Below, piece by piece: positions 8,940 to 19,355 of a stretch of 31,128 nt of DNA. Every line of letters starts with the position of its first letter. Within the stretch, counting starts at the first letter, position 1. The notes below the pieces were generated by a model that saw nothing but the letters and a program-made list of their open reading frames with translations, was not told the DNA's origin and ran no database searches. The DNA comes from Deltaproteobacteria bacterium TL4. GTDB lineage: Bacteria > SAR324 > NAC60-12. The stretch spans positions 1 to 31,128 of the forward strand of contig JBBCAX010000281.1 in NCBI GenBank assembly GCA_051382335.1, written 5' to 3'. The translations under genes were made by a program, and so were the position numbers.

Positions 8940-10184
8940 ATGTCTCTAACTTTACCGATATCTCCAAGAACTACGAGTCCTGCTCATTATTGGGGAATTG
9001 CGATTCTCCTTGCCTTTTTGTTACACACGCTTCTGTTTTGGAAACTTCAACCCTGGTTTCATTCTTCGCCTCAAACCCCGCCTCCCCTTGAGGTTGAGTT
9101 TGTGGAATTGCCTTCCAAGCCGAAGCCTCTTTCTCCAAGTATTAAACAAGCACCCGCACAAATACCGCCGGAGAATGTGGCCAAGATAGCAATTCCGCCC
9201 AAACGAGAGTCACCCCAAACGCTCAATGACCTGGTTCAAAAACAGGAAGCTGAAAAATTGAGCATGAAACTTCTCAAAAGCAGTCAAGCCTCACTAAAAC
9301 CCCATAATCCTGACTTGAAAACATCGGCACAGGGAGAAACCCAAAATCTTTCTTTCCAGACGCCTCAAGCACAACCGGTTCCGTTCGCAAAGTCTTCACT
9401 AAGCAGGGACTCCGTCTCGGAATCACAAACTCCACCAACGGCCTTAACCACGCCCAGCGTGCCCTCACAAACAGACCCCTCAGCCACAAACACGACGTCA
9501 TCGTCCGCACAATCTCAGTCCTCAGAGACTTCTGCGTTAGACGAATCAAAAACACAATTGGCCCTACTAACTCAGCCCACACCCAATCACAAAGAGTCGA
9601 TGATCATCACGAAGCCCTCAGAACTGAAATCTCAAAATTCAAAACCATTGCATGAAACGGAGACGGTTGAAAAATTACCACCTTTGCCTGCTGATTATTT
9701 TTTGAATAAAAACGAAGCCTTTGCTACTCCGCCAAACCACCTCTCTACGCCAAATAAACCTGCAAGGAAGACTAATGCTTCCTCATTCCAAAATGAATTG
9801 ACGCCCACGCCCCCTCCTCCTGGAACGCCGGACACTATTGGGGAAGGACAATTCTTTACCCTGAGTGACTATAACTGGCCTTATGAATCTTACATGGGGC
9901 GATGGGCAAAGTCCTTATTGTATGGCTGGAATAACAATCCTCCGATGGACTATATCACAGGACAAGTCCCTCAGGGAGGCGAAGTCTTTGTGATGGTGAC
10001 GATTGATCAAAGCGGAATCTTACAATCCTATGAAGTGACCCAGATCAAGGGGGCGTCTTTAGACATGGAAAATTCGGTGGTTGACGCCGTCATCGGTTCT
10101 TCAAATCTGCCTCCACTCCCTGAAGACTTCCAAGGCACAGAACTCACCGTACACTTTCGCTTCATCTATCCTTCCATTCGATAA
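8940..10184 (+). CDS. TonB/TolA-like energy transducer
   Basis: Single N-terminal TM helix with His (LLAFLLHTLLF), long Pro/Ser/Thr linker, C-terminal TonB_2-like domain (YMGRWAKSLLYGW...VTIDQSGIL...LPPLP); start uncertain (8928 or 8940). Confidence 0.72.
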   Translation: MSLTLPISPRTTSPAHYWGIAILLAFLLHTLLFWKLQPWFHSSPQTPPPLEVEFVELPSKPKPLSPSIKQAPAQIPPENVAKIAIPPKRESPQTLNDLVQKQEAEKLSMKLLKSSQASLKPHNPDLKTSAQGETQNLSFQTPQAQPVPFAKSSLSRDSVSESQTPPTALTTPSVPSQTDPSATNTTSSSAQSQSSETSALDESKTQLALLTQPTPNHKESMIITKPSELKSQNSKPLHETETVEKLPPLPADYFLNKNEAFATPPNHLSTPNKPARKTNASSFQNELTPTPPPPGTPDTIGEGQFFTLSDYNWPYESYMGRWAKSLLYGWNNNPPMDYITGQVPQGGEVFVMVTIDQSGILQSYEVTQIKGASLDMENSVVDAVIGSSNLPPLPEDFQGTELTVHFRFIYPSIR

Positions 10185-10201
10185 TAAATCCAGATTTGTT
10201 T

Positions 10202-10233
10202 GGTGCGCTCGCTTCGCTTAAACGGCACCCTGC
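10202..10233 (-). repeat. Degenerate REP-like palindrome
   Basis: Minus strand reads GCAGGGTGCCGTTTAAGCGAAGCGAGCGCACC with a GGTGC/GCACC stem; resembles GTAG-type extragenic palindromes. Confidence 0.35.
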
Positions 10234-10386
10234 CTAAATAGAGTTCTTTAGGGGGATGAACCGCATAAGCTTTGACTTTCATCACATTCCTTTGTATTAA
10301 GTAAGTCCATTTCTGTAAGTCTCGTCCTCCTTTAACAAAAAAAGCACGAGAGTCCTTAGATTTTTGAGAAATCTTTTTCAGTAACA

Positions 10387-12072
10387 ATGGGTTTCATGCA
10401 TCGTATTCGCAATGATTTGACATTTCGCTGGATGTTCATCGTTCTGGGCCTCACTGCGATTTTTCTATTTTGGGGCTTGTCCGCGGCACCTTTAATTGAT
10501 TGGGATGAAAATATTTATGCCGAAGCCAGCCGCCAGATGGTGGAGCGTGGCGACTATTTAAACGTTACCGTTAATAATCTGGCCTTTACAGAAAAACCGC
10601 CCTTCTTTTTTTGGCTGCAGGCCGCGAGTTATCATGTTTTTGGAATCAATGAATTTGCGGCTCGTTTTCCTTCAGCTCTCGCAGGCGTAATGATGGGGGT
10701 GTTTTGCCTTTTTTTGGGTAAATGGCTGGATTCTCTTCAACTCGGGGTACTTTGGGCTCTCATTTATCTAAGCAGTTTTTTTCCATCGATTTTGGGACAT
10801 ACCGCCATTATTGACCATACCTTCAACTTACTCATTTCAACCGGAACCTTTGGGCTTTATATTTACGATGTTCTCTATAAGCGATATTTGATGACTGAAG
10901 CGTCTGAACGATCTCAAAAACAATATTGGATGGCGTTGACCGGTGCCAGTGTGTGTATCGGACTTGCTGTGCTAACCAAGGGACCTTTCGGTGGAGTCGT
11001 TCCGTTGGTCGCGTTTGCAGGGTATAAATGGGCCTATCGCTTTCCCCGTATTTCTCTACGCCATTTTATTTATTGTGGAGTGCTGTCCTTGAGCATCGCC
11101 CTCTCCTGGTATTTGGTGAATTGGCTGTTGGAAGGGACAGAGTTTATCTTAAATTTTATCAACTACCAACTTCGTCTGTTATCGAAACCCTTACAGGGAC
11201 ATCAGGGCCCTTTTTATTATCATTTATTGGTGATTCCCATTGGATTCTTACCTTGGACTCCCTTCTTGTGCTTTAAAAAACGCAGTCTCATGGATTCCAA
11301 TCCCCACGTTCGCCCTTTGCTGATCATGGGGGGGACCTGGTGTGGTTTTGTGCTCTTGTTTTTTTCGTCAATTACAACAAAATTGCCTCACTATACCGCA
11401 TCGGTTTATCTGCCGTTATCCCTGGCGGTTGCCTGGGGGTTACACGCTCAGACAGGTTCTCACACACCCTCTTCAAAAAAAGTCATGGTCGCCTATGTTT
11501 TTGGAGGAATGCTGCTGGCGCTTTTAGTGACAGGGGGTATTTTTGGGCTACAACATTTGATGGAAAAAAACGCGGCACCGGTTGATGTGAGTTGGACCGC
11601 TGGTATTTTCATCGCGGGAGCGGGATTATTGATGGCCGTTCTTGTTGGAGCCTGGTTTTTATGGAGGAATCAAATCCTTTCCGCTGTTTTCGCGACCGTC
11701 TTCGGGATGGCGATTTTTACTCAAGGCGTATGGCATTATCAAGTTCCGCTGTACCTGGCTTATACGCAAAATCCGATGATTTCCCTGGTTCATGAGGCGC
11801 AGCAGCGGCAGGCCAAGGTTGTTTTTTTCCGTTATATTTCCTTTGCTGCACTTTTTTATGGAAAACAACCTATTGAGATGATAGATGTTTCCATGTTTCC
11901 TGGAAATATTGAAACGTTAAAACATCGACATGAGGTGGATCTCCACGTTATTACGGATATTAAAGAGAAGCTTTATGTACAGCGGCACTTTCCTTTAGCC
12001 ATCCATAAAAAAGATGTGGGAACTTATTCCTTGTTTATCATTCCCAGTCAGGGTAACTCCAATTCATCATAA
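10387..12072 (+). CDS. ArnT/PMT-family (GT-C) membrane glycosyltransferase
   Basis: DWDENIYAEASRQM, EKPPFFFW, FGINEFAARFPSA, LAVLTKGP, FLPWTPF, TKLPHY; many TM helices. Confidence 0.9.
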   Translation: MGFMHRIRNDLTFRWMFIVLGLTAIFLFWGLSAAPLIDWDENIYAEASRQMVERGDYLNVTVNNLAFTEKPPFFFWLQAASYHVFGINEFAARFPSALAGVMMGVFCLFLGKWLDSLQLGVLWALIYLSSFFPSILGHTAIIDHTFNLLISTGTFGLYIYDVLYKRYLMTEASERSQKQYWMALTGASVCIGLAVLTKGPFGGVVPLVAFAGYKWAYRFPRISLRHFIYCGVLSLSIALSWYLVNWLLEGTEFILNFINYQLRLLSKPLQGHQGPFYYHLLVIPIGFLPWTPFLCFKKRSLMDSNPHVRPLLIMGGTWCGFVLLFFSSITTKLPHYTASVYLPLSLAVAWGLHAQTGSHTPSSKKVMVAYVFGGMLLALLVTGGIFGLQHLMEKNAAPVDVSWTAGIFIAGAGLLMAVLVGAWFLWRNQILSAVFATVFGMAIFTQGVWHYQVPLYLAYTQNPMISLVHEAQQRQAKVVFFRYISFAALFYGKQPIEMIDVSMFPGNIETLKHRHEVDLHVITDIKEKLYVQRHFPLAIHKKDVGTYSLFIIPSQGNSNSS

Positions 12073-12077
12073 GAGCT

Positions 12078-14150
12078 ATGGCAAAAAAACCATCAGAATT
12101 CTTAGTTCTCGAACATCACAGACTTCCTGATGAACTGCAGGATATTTTTCAGCAATTTAAAGATTCACTGACTCAGCACACTGAGCTTTTTAGTGATGAC
12201 ACAAAGCTTAAGTTGGAGAATGTACTCGATCGCTATATGAGTGCGCTGTCTCAGATGATTTATGTTCATGAATTCAGGAAAACCTACCCCACTCCCAAAC
12301 AATCGCGTCGCGTGATGTTGTTGAAGACCCTGCCGTTATTTAAAACCCTTCATGCGTCAGATCTCATCATGATGGCCAATCAAATGCAGGAGCAGACCGT
12401 GCGACCAGGTGTGAACTTACTGACTCAGGATCGAGCTGCGGATGGGGTTTATTTTTTAGAGGAAGGAGAGGTCGAAATTCTGGTAAACGGTGAATTGGTC
12501 GCTCATCGAGGCAGGAATGAATGTTTTGGCGAGATGTCCTGCTTAAGAGGGGAACCTAACGCCTCAGCAACCGTCCGGACACTCATGTTTAGCCGGGTTT
12601 TAAAAATTCAGCGGGAACAGTTTTTAAAAACCGTGAGTAAAACGCCTTTATTGTGGCAGCATTTATTTCAAGAAACTACCTCACGCTTCCAAGCAACCAA
12701 TCGAAGGTTGAGCGAGGTTTTACAGCATACCCCTCACGGGTTGGTTAAAGTGGATGCGGACAGTAAAATCACCACAGAATTTTCAATTGAATGCACACGC
12801 TACTTTAAAACATCGAAACTTGCCGGAAAAGATTTTTCCGGGTTGATCTTTGTGAACAATCCTGTAGCCAAAGACGAATGGATCCAGGTTTACCCGTTGA
12901 TTTATGAAGACACCTTAATGGATTTCAACCAATTAGCCGATTTGTTACCCAAAGGGACGGTTTTGTTTGGTCCTGACAAATCTGAGCAGCATTTCGTTTT
13001 TTCTTATTATCCTTGCCGTGACGCGCAAAACAAAGTGATCGCTGTTGATGTCGGGATTGAAGATGTTACGGAAAAATGGAAACTGGCTCGAAAAAGCGAG
13101 GCTTTGGAAATGGAACGTGAGGTGATGAAAAAAATGTACGATAATCCCGATGCCTTCATTAATGTGTTGGGACTGGCAAAAGAAACTTTGGAAAAATTAT
13201 CGACTTTTGAACATTGGATCCAATCGGACCGCTCGATTTCTCCAGAACAACTGGTGGGCTTGATGCGCCAGCTTCACAGTCTTAAAGGCAGTAGTGGCAT
13301 GTTTGCGCTCCATGAAATGAAAGATACTTCTCATGCTTTAGAAGAATGTTTGAAAAACTTGAACCCCAAGCAGGCCTTAGCGCCTTTTGATTTAAGCGAT
13401 TTTCAGGAATTAAAACGCGATTTGGTGATTCATTGCGAGCAAGCCCATCATTACCTTCAGAATCTTAGTGAGGAATTACGCTCACGGCTTACAGGGATTG
13501 TGTTGAAGAATCAACACCTTGCCGAAATGAAAGAGGCGGCGTCAAACCAAAATTGGCCTCGACTCCAATACCTGCTACAGGAAATCGAAAAAGTTCCTTT
13601 AAGAAAACTGGTGCAAACGTGGCCTGATGAAATTCAGCGGTTATGTGAAAAACTAGGCAAGAACATTGAGTTTAAGTTCACTGATAACGAAATAAATATC
13701 TCAAAAGCACTTTTTGAAACCTTAAACGCACCGTTAGTCCACGTCCTTCGAAATGCGGTAGATCATGGCATCGAAGATCCCATGCAAAGGATTCAACACG
13801 GAAAAGAGGAAAGAGGAATCATCTCTTTCAACGCTTACCTGGAAAAGGAGCTGCTGATTTTGGAAATCAGCGACGATGGGAAAGGCGTTAATTATGAAAA
13901 AATCATTGAAAAATGCAGAATGAATCAGCATATTGATCAGAATTTGGTGGAACAACATATTGCCCATAAGGAGGCCTGGAAACTTTTATTTATTCCAGGC
14001 TTCAGTACCGCAGAACAGGTGACCAGTATTTCAGGCAGGGGCGTGGGAATGGATGCGATCCAAGAGGCGGTTCATTCATTGAAAGGCTCCGCCTATGTGG
14101 AAACGATTCTCGGACAGGGAAGTACGTTTCGATTCAAAATACCACTTTAA
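12078..14150 (+). CDS. CheA-like histidine kinase: cNMP-binding, PAS-like, HPt and HATPase domains, no CheW domain
   Basis: cNMP fold (VYFLEEGEVEI...CFGEMS...SATVR), HPt (LHSLKGSSGM), N box HVLRNAVDHG, G1 DDGKG, F box FIPGFST, G2 SGRGVGMD; ends at FRFKIPL. Confidence 0.85.
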   Translation: MAKKPSEFLVLEHHRLPDELQDIFQQFKDSLTQHTELFSDDTKLKLENVLDRYMSALSQMIYVHEFRKTYPTPKQSRRVMLLKTLPLFKTLHASDLIMMANQMQEQTVRPGVNLLTQDRAADGVYFLEEGEVEILVNGELVAHRGRNECFGEMSCLRGEPNASATVRTLMFSRVLKIQREQFLKTVSKTPLLWQHLFQETTSRFQATNRRLSEVLQHTPHGLVKVDADSKITTEFSIECTRYFKTSKLAGKDFSGLIFVNNPVAKDEWIQVYPLIYEDTLMDFNQLADLLPKGTVLFGPDKSEQHFVFSYYPCRDAQNKVIAVDVGIEDVTEKWKLARKSEALEMEREVMKKMYDNPDAFINVLGLAKETLEKLSTFEHWIQSDRSISPEQLVGLMRQLHSLKGSSGMFALHEMKDTSHALEECLKNLNPKQALAPFDLSDFQELKRDLVIHCEQAHHYLQNLSEELRSRLTGIVLKNQHLAEMKEAASNQNWPRLQYLLQEIEKVPLRKLVQTWPDEIQRLCEKLGKNIEFKFTDNEINISKALFETLNAPLVHVLRNAVDHGIEDPMQRIQHGKEERGIISFNAYLEKELLILEISDDGKGVNYEKIIEKCRMNQHIDQNLVEQHIAHKEAWKLLFIPGFSTAEQVTSISGRGVGMDAIQEAVHSLKGSAYVETILGQGSTFRFKIPL

Positions 14151-14405
14151 GCTGTCGCGAAACCTCAGCCGAAAAGGGTTTTTGGCACCCCTGAAAGGCA
14201 GCGCCATCGTTTCATTCACCATTCCCGGACAGTTCCGGAGGAAATGAGCTTGTTCCAATGAAGCCCCTCAGCCTTTATTGAATAAATCCTGTATTTAAAT
14301 ATTGTGTCATAGAGCGTCAAGATGTAATAGAGGGTGGATATTGCTCAAAAACACAATCAACAACCTGATATGCGGGTAAGCATATCCAACAACCAAGGAG
14401 TTATC

Positions 14406-15662
14406 ATGATTGACAAAAGCATTGCTATGTTGGAAAATGGAGTCTCAAAACTACCCTTTGGACTTCAAACTCAAGGGTATCAACAAGCCGTAAAGGCCTT
14501 AAAACTCGTGGCGCAAGTTCTGCCTTTTCCTAAACCTTCCCTGTTTACCGGTCCGGGCTCTTCTCTGAAATTGTGCGAAGCGATTGCTCAAACCGGGACG
14601 AAAAAAATACTGATTGTGACCGATGAGATCTTGGTCAAGATTGGTCTTTTGAAGGAGATTGAAAAAACGCTGACCGAGAACGGGGTGAACTATGTCATTT
14701 ACGATGGAGTTCTGCCCGACCCTACCTATGATCAAGTTGAAAAAGGGTTAACCCTCCTGAAAAAGAATGGCTGTGAAGCGATTCTTGCGGTAGGAGGCGG
14801 TTCCTCTATCGATGCCGCTAAAGCCATCAGTGCGCGAGTTACCAACGACAAACCCTTGAAAAAGCTAACCGGATACTTTAAGGTTTGGAAAGCCTGTATG
14901 CCTTTATTTGTGATTCCCACAACCGCTGGCACAGGCTCAGAAGTCACCGTTGTTTCCGTGGTCTCAGATCCGGTAACTCATCAGAAAACACCGATCATTG
15001 ATCCCAAAATGGTGCCTTTGCTAGCAGCCTTGGACGGAGCGTTAATGACAGGTCTGCCGCCAATGCTCACCGCAACCACCGGGATGGATGCCCTGACGCA
15101 TGCGGTGGAAGCTTATATTTCAAAGGGGGCTCTTCCCGATACTGATCTTTTCGCCATTGCGGCAACCCGACTGATTAGTGAAAATCTATCCAAAGCCGTC
15201 AAAGACGGGAAGAATGTGGATGTTCGCCAAAATATGGCACAGGCTTCTTTTTACGCGGGGATGGCCTTTACTAAAGCGGGTATTGGTTATGTCCACGCCA
15301 TTTCTCACAACCTGGGAGCCTTCTATCATATTCCCCACGGTTTGGCAAATGCGGTGGTCCTGCCCCATATCCTTGAATATTCAAAAGAAAGAGCCTCTGA
15401 GCGTCTTGCCAAATTAGCAGAAATATGTGGTTTGAAAAAAGGCAAGGAAAGCCATGAGCAACTGGCACAAAAGTTCATTGATTACATTCGTGCCATGTTG
15501 GCGGAATTTAATATTCCTGAAAAATTGGATTCGATCCAAGCAAAAGACATTCCCGCAATTGCCAAAGCGGCCTTGAAGGAAGCTCATTTTGATATTTACG
15601 GAGTTCCTGAGTATATGGATCAAGCAACGTGTGAGTCCATTCTGCGGAAATTGATGGTCTAG
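14406..15662 (+). CDS. Iron-containing alcohol dehydrogenase
   Basis: AVGGGSSIDAAK, IPTTAGTGSEVT, TGMDALTHAVEAY, GYVHAISHNLG...HIPHGLAN; ATG 14406 follows AAGGAG. Confidence 0.95.
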   Translation: MIDKSIAMLENGVSKLPFGLQTQGYQQAVKALKLVAQVLPFPKPSLFTGPGSSLKLCEAIAQTGTKKILIVTDEILVKIGLLKEIEKTLTENGVNYVIYDGVLPDPTYDQVEKGLTLLKKNGCEAILAVGGGSSIDAAKAISARVTNDKPLKKLTGYFKVWKACMPLFVIPTTAGTGSEVTVVSVVSDPVTHQKTPIIDPKMVPLLAALDGALMTGLPPMLTATTGMDALTHAVEAYISKGALPDTDLFAIAATRLISENLSKAVKDGKNVDVRQNMAQASFYAGMAFTKAGIGYVHAISHNLGAFYHIPHGLANAVVLPHILEYSKERASERLAKLAEICGLKKGKESHEQLAQKFIDYIRAMLAEFNIPEKLDSIQAKDIPAIAKAALKEAHFDIYGVPEYMDQATCESILRKLMV

Positions 15663-15837
15663 TCCTGACACCCGGGGGTCTTCATTTGCTCCCGCTTTTT
15701 TGGCGACCGGGAACAATGGAAACAACCATTGAGGCCGAAGCGGTATGACGTACTTGTTCGGCCGACATGCTTAGTGCCCCTTATTTGGGGGGAAAATCTG
15801 CTTCACACCCCGCACTGACAGCTCACGAGTATTTTAC

Positions 15838-16728
15838 ATGACGCGATTATTTTCCAATTTGAAAGGTGTTTTGAGCTTGGGCTTATATGCGGTCAATGCT
15901 TTGATTTTTGGTTCCATGGTTATGATCTTGGGCCTTTTTAAGATGGTGTTCCCCTACAAAAGTCTACAACCCGGATTCTCTCATATTTTAACCTGGATCG
16001 GTTTTATGTGGGGGGGGATTACCAAGGGGATTAACGGACTGAATCGAAAAACCCATTGGGATGTGGAACTTCCTGAAGCGTTGAGTCATCGTAAAAGCTA
16101 TTTAATCATCTCCAACCATCAATCCTGGACGGATATTTTGGTTTTATTCCACACTTTAAATTACAAAGTTCCTGCTCCCCGTTTCTTTATTAAACCTCCT
16201 AAAAAATGGAATCCCTTTTTCCGGGCCTTGTGTTGGCATCTTGATTTTCCTGTTGTTCAAAGATACTCCAAAGAATTTCTGGGACAATATCCTGAGTTAA
16301 AAGGAAAAGATCTTGAGACCACGCGTCATTTTTGCGAAAAATTCAAAGACATGCCCTTTTCTATCATCAATTTTGCTGAAGGAACCCGCTTCACAGTCCA
16401 AAAGCATCAGGCCCGGAAATCTCCTTTTCAGCACCTCCTTATCCCTAAAGCTGGAGGAATGGCTTTGATTTTATCAGAACTGGGACAGTACCTGGAGGGT
16501 GTGTTGAACATCACGATTGTTTATCCCCTTCATAAAAAAAAGTTTTGGGATTTTTTATGTGGGCGCATCCCGCAGATTGTTGTCAGAGGTGAACTCATTC
16601 CGATATCGGACGAATTTCGAGGAGATTATTTGGAAGATCTTCAATTTCGCGAGCAGTTTCAAGGGTGGCTGAGTCAAATATGGCAACAAAAAGATCATGT
16701 GATTCATACGATTATAGAAAAAAGTTAA
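15838..16728 (+). CDS. PlsC-superfamily acyltransferase (YihG-like)
   Basis: SNHQSWTD (HX4D), FAEGTRF, LLIPKAGG, ITIVYP. Confidence 0.88.
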   Translation: MTRLFSNLKGVLSLGLYAVNALIFGSMVMILGLFKMVFPYKSLQPGFSHILTWIGFMWGGITKGINGLNRKTHWDVELPEALSHRKSYLIISNHQSWTDILVLFHTLNYKVPAPRFFIKPPKKWNPFFRALCWHLDFPVVQRYSKEFLGQYPELKGKDLETTRHFCEKFKDMPFSIINFAEGTRFTVQKHQARKSPFQHLLIPKAGGMALILSELGQYLEGVLNITIVYPLHKKKFWDFLCGRIPQIVVRGELIPISDEFRGDYLEDLQFREQFQGWLSQIWQQKDHVIHTIIEKS

Positions 16729-16753
16729 AACAACAGCTTTAAGCAAAACACCT

Positions 16754-19081
16754 ATGATGATAGAGCATTGGATTACAAAGATCATCGATTCCTGGGCCAT
16801 TTTAGTTGTTCGCCAACGGATGGGGGTCCTTGTCCTTTCAGGCTTGTTGCTAATAGGCTTGGGATGGCCGATTCGACAGTTGACCTTTGATAACTCCCCT
16901 GAAATGTGGTTTGTTGATGAAGATCCGGCTTTGAAGGATTATAAGCAATTAAAATCCATTTATGGTGATGGTCAATATTTAGTCATTGGCCTCTCTCCCA
17001 AAGAGAAGACACAGCAGCTCATTCATCCAAACGCTTTGAAGATCATTCAGCAACTCACAAATTTCCTGGAAGCACACAAGGCCGTCACCAAGGTGGACTC
17101 TCTCACAAATTATCGCTATTTCCGAGCAGAAAAGGACGCTCTTTACTTAGACAAATTGATTGAGGATCTTGAGGCGCCCAAGGAAGGTTCAGAATATCAA
17201 AAACACCTCATTTCACTCTTACAGCAACAAACGCTGATCCAGCAAAGGCTTATTTCCAAAGATTTGCACCATTCCGCGATTATTGCAAAAGCCCGTGAAG
17301 GTCAAGGAAACATAGAAGCTCAGCTCAAACTTGTTGAAGATGTACGGGTGTTTTTGAAACTCTATGATTTTGAGGCTCAGGGGTATGAAGTTCATCTTTC
17401 CGGCCTGGTCTTGATCAATGAGCGGGTTTTGACAACGACAGAGGATAATGCCGACTTGACCCGCGGATTGATGGTGTCCAGTATTGTCTTATTGCTGATT
17501 TTATTCTTCAGAACCTGGGAAGGGTTGTTGATGCCTATGGTGGTGGTGGTTGGATCAGTTGTCGGAGTGATGGGCACGATCGCCTGGTTAGGCTGGAATT
17601 TAAACCTGCTCAATGTCAACTTACCCGCGCTTTTGATTGCGGTGGGGATTGGGGACGCGATCCATATTATTACCGAGTTTTATCGTTTGAGGCATCAGGG
17701 GAAAAGTTCTCCAGTGGCGGCTACTGAAAGTATTCAAAACTTATTTATCCCCTGTTTTTATACCACGCTAACGACGGCTGTCGGCTTTTTAGCGTTGACG
17801 TCAACACATCTGGTTCCGTTGAAAGAATATGGAATTGCAGCCGCAATCGGTGTTTGGATCGCGTTTTTTTTCTCAGTGACGACATTGCCCGCATTGATGA
17901 GTTTTGCCAAAGGCTCCGCCAGTCAGTTTGATCAAATTATTGGAAAGGGGATCATCACGGGGATGATCAAACGCCTTCCAGCGTTTATTCAAAAGACACA
18001 TACCTGGATCTTACTCATAAGTTGTGTTTTGCTCCTTGTGCTGACAGAGCTGTTGCCTTTTATCGAAATTGATTCATCCTATAAACAATTTTTTAAAAAA
18101 GAGTCCTCGGTCAATCAATCACTTGCTTACTTTGAGAACGCTTTTCAATCGTCGGGAACGCTGGAAATATTGGTGGATTCAGGAAAGAAAGAAGGGCTTT
18201 TTGATTTAGACTATCTGAAGAAAATCGAATTGTTTCAGAATTATCTTGAAACCTTGAACGATGTGGGAAAAGCCTTTTCCTCAATTGATTATCTTCGGCA
18301 AATCAATAAAGCCCTGCATGAAGGAAATCATCAATTTTATACGCTGCCTGAACAAACGGAAGGTCTCCAACAATTGCTCTATCAGTTAGGGAAAAATGTT
18401 TCAGAGCAAGGCGGAAATCCTGACCGCTATTTTAACAACCGCTATCTTTTAATTACAGTACAATACAACTACGCCTCTTCCTCTCAAACCCGAAAACTGG
18501 CACAGCAAATCCAACAGGAGTTAACTATTCATTATCCCGAGTTAAACGCGGCAATTACGGGAAATAATATGCTGCATACCAACCGGGATACTTACATCCT
18601 ACAGGGTTTGGTTCGCTCCTTTTTGTTAGCGTTTGGAATTATAATCCTCTGCTTTATTATGCTGTTACGTTCTTTTAAATATGTCATCATTGCGCTGGTA
18701 CCCAGTATTTTCCCAATATTAATCGCAGGGAGTCTGATGGCCCTTTTTAGTATCCAGTTAAATTTCAGCACCATGATTATCGCTGCTTTGACTTTTGGAA
18801 TTATTGTAGATGATACCATTCATTTTATGATGCGCTATCAACGGGCAAAAAAGAACGGACAACTCAAGACCGAAGCCATCCAAAACGCGCTCCTGGAATC
18901 AGGGCAAGCCATCACCTTCACCTCCATTATTTTATTTTTTGGCTTTGGGGTTAATATTTTTTCGGCCTTTGTCCCTAACGTCACTTTTGGATTTTTAGGC
19001 GCGGTGGTGATTGTCGCGGCACTCATCGCGGACTTGCTGATCTTACCCTCATTTCTCCTTTTCTTACGCAACGAAGCCTAA
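16754..19081 (+). CDS. MMPL/RND-family transporter
   Basis: Two repeats of periplasmic loop plus TM bundle; GIGDAIH and GIIVDDTIHF motifs; ADLLILPSFL end. Confidence 0.92.
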   Translation: MMIEHWITKIIDSWAILVVRQRMGVLVLSGLLLIGLGWPIRQLTFDNSPEMWFVDEDPALKDYKQLKSIYGDGQYLVIGLSPKEKTQQLIHPNALKIIQQLTNFLEAHKAVTKVDSLTNYRYFRAEKDALYLDKLIEDLEAPKEGSEYQKHLISLLQQQTLIQQRLISKDLHHSAIIAKAREGQGNIEAQLKLVEDVRVFLKLYDFEAQGYEVHLSGLVLINERVLTTTEDNADLTRGLMVSSIVLLLILFFRTWEGLLMPMVVVVGSVVGVMGTIAWLGWNLNLLNVNLPALLIAVGIGDAIHIITEFYRLRHQGKSSPVAATESIQNLFIPCFYTTLTTAVGFLALTSTHLVPLKEYGIAAAIGVWIAFFFSVTTLPALMSFAKGSASQFDQIIGKGIITGMIKRLPAFIQKTHTWILLISCVLLLVLTELLPFIEIDSSYKQFFKKESSVNQSLAYFENAFQSSGTLEILVDSGKKEGLFDLDYLKKIELFQNYLETLNDVGKAFSSIDYLRQINKALHEGNHQFYTLPEQTEGLQQLLYQLGKNVSEQGGNPDRYFNNRYLLITVQYNYASSSQTRKLAQQIQQELTIHYPELNAAITGNNMLHTNRDTYILQGLVRSFLLAFGIIILCFIMLLRSFKYVIIALVPSIFPILIAGSLMALFSIQLNFSTMIIAALTFGIIVDDTIHFMMRYQRAKKNGQLKTEAIQNALLESGQAITFTSIILFFGFGVNIFSAFVPNVTFGFLGAVVIVAALIADLLILPSFLLFLRNEA

Positions 19082-19102
19082 GGACTAATGGCACTTCCTT
19101 AA

Positions 19103-19291
19103 TTAGTTTGTGAAACCGGACGATCTTTAGAAAAAGAAGCCCAATCCACTTGGCTATGGAAAGGTCGTGTCGTTGGTCCTTATCAAGGCAAAAAAACGGG
19201 GGAACATGCTCTGTTACGTCAAATTCTCGATAGTTTTTCCGCAGGGGATATCATGCTTACGGATTGCTATTATCACACACGCCAAAGATAG
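19103..19291 (+). pseudogene. IS4-family transposase remnant (internally deleted)
   Basis: Frame with no start codon, not in the ORF track: LVCETGRSLEKEAQSTWLWKGRV/VGPYQGKKTGEHALLRQILDSFSAGDIMLTDCYY. WxWxGR and GPYxGKxTGExxLxR...GDxxxxDxYY are IS4 DDE segments normally separated by the first catalytic Asp region. Confidence 0.7.
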
Positions 19292-19355
19292 ACGTTTCTG
19301 ATATTTATGGCTACAACTGAGAGACTATCAATTTCAGGTCTTCACGATAAAAAAT

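Noticed and set aside
14155..14250. Possible riboswitch or terminator upstream of the ADH gene (hairpin ccgga-cagt-tccgg)
   Set aside because: No recognisable riboswitch consensus and no U-tract; cannot be supported without an Rfam search.
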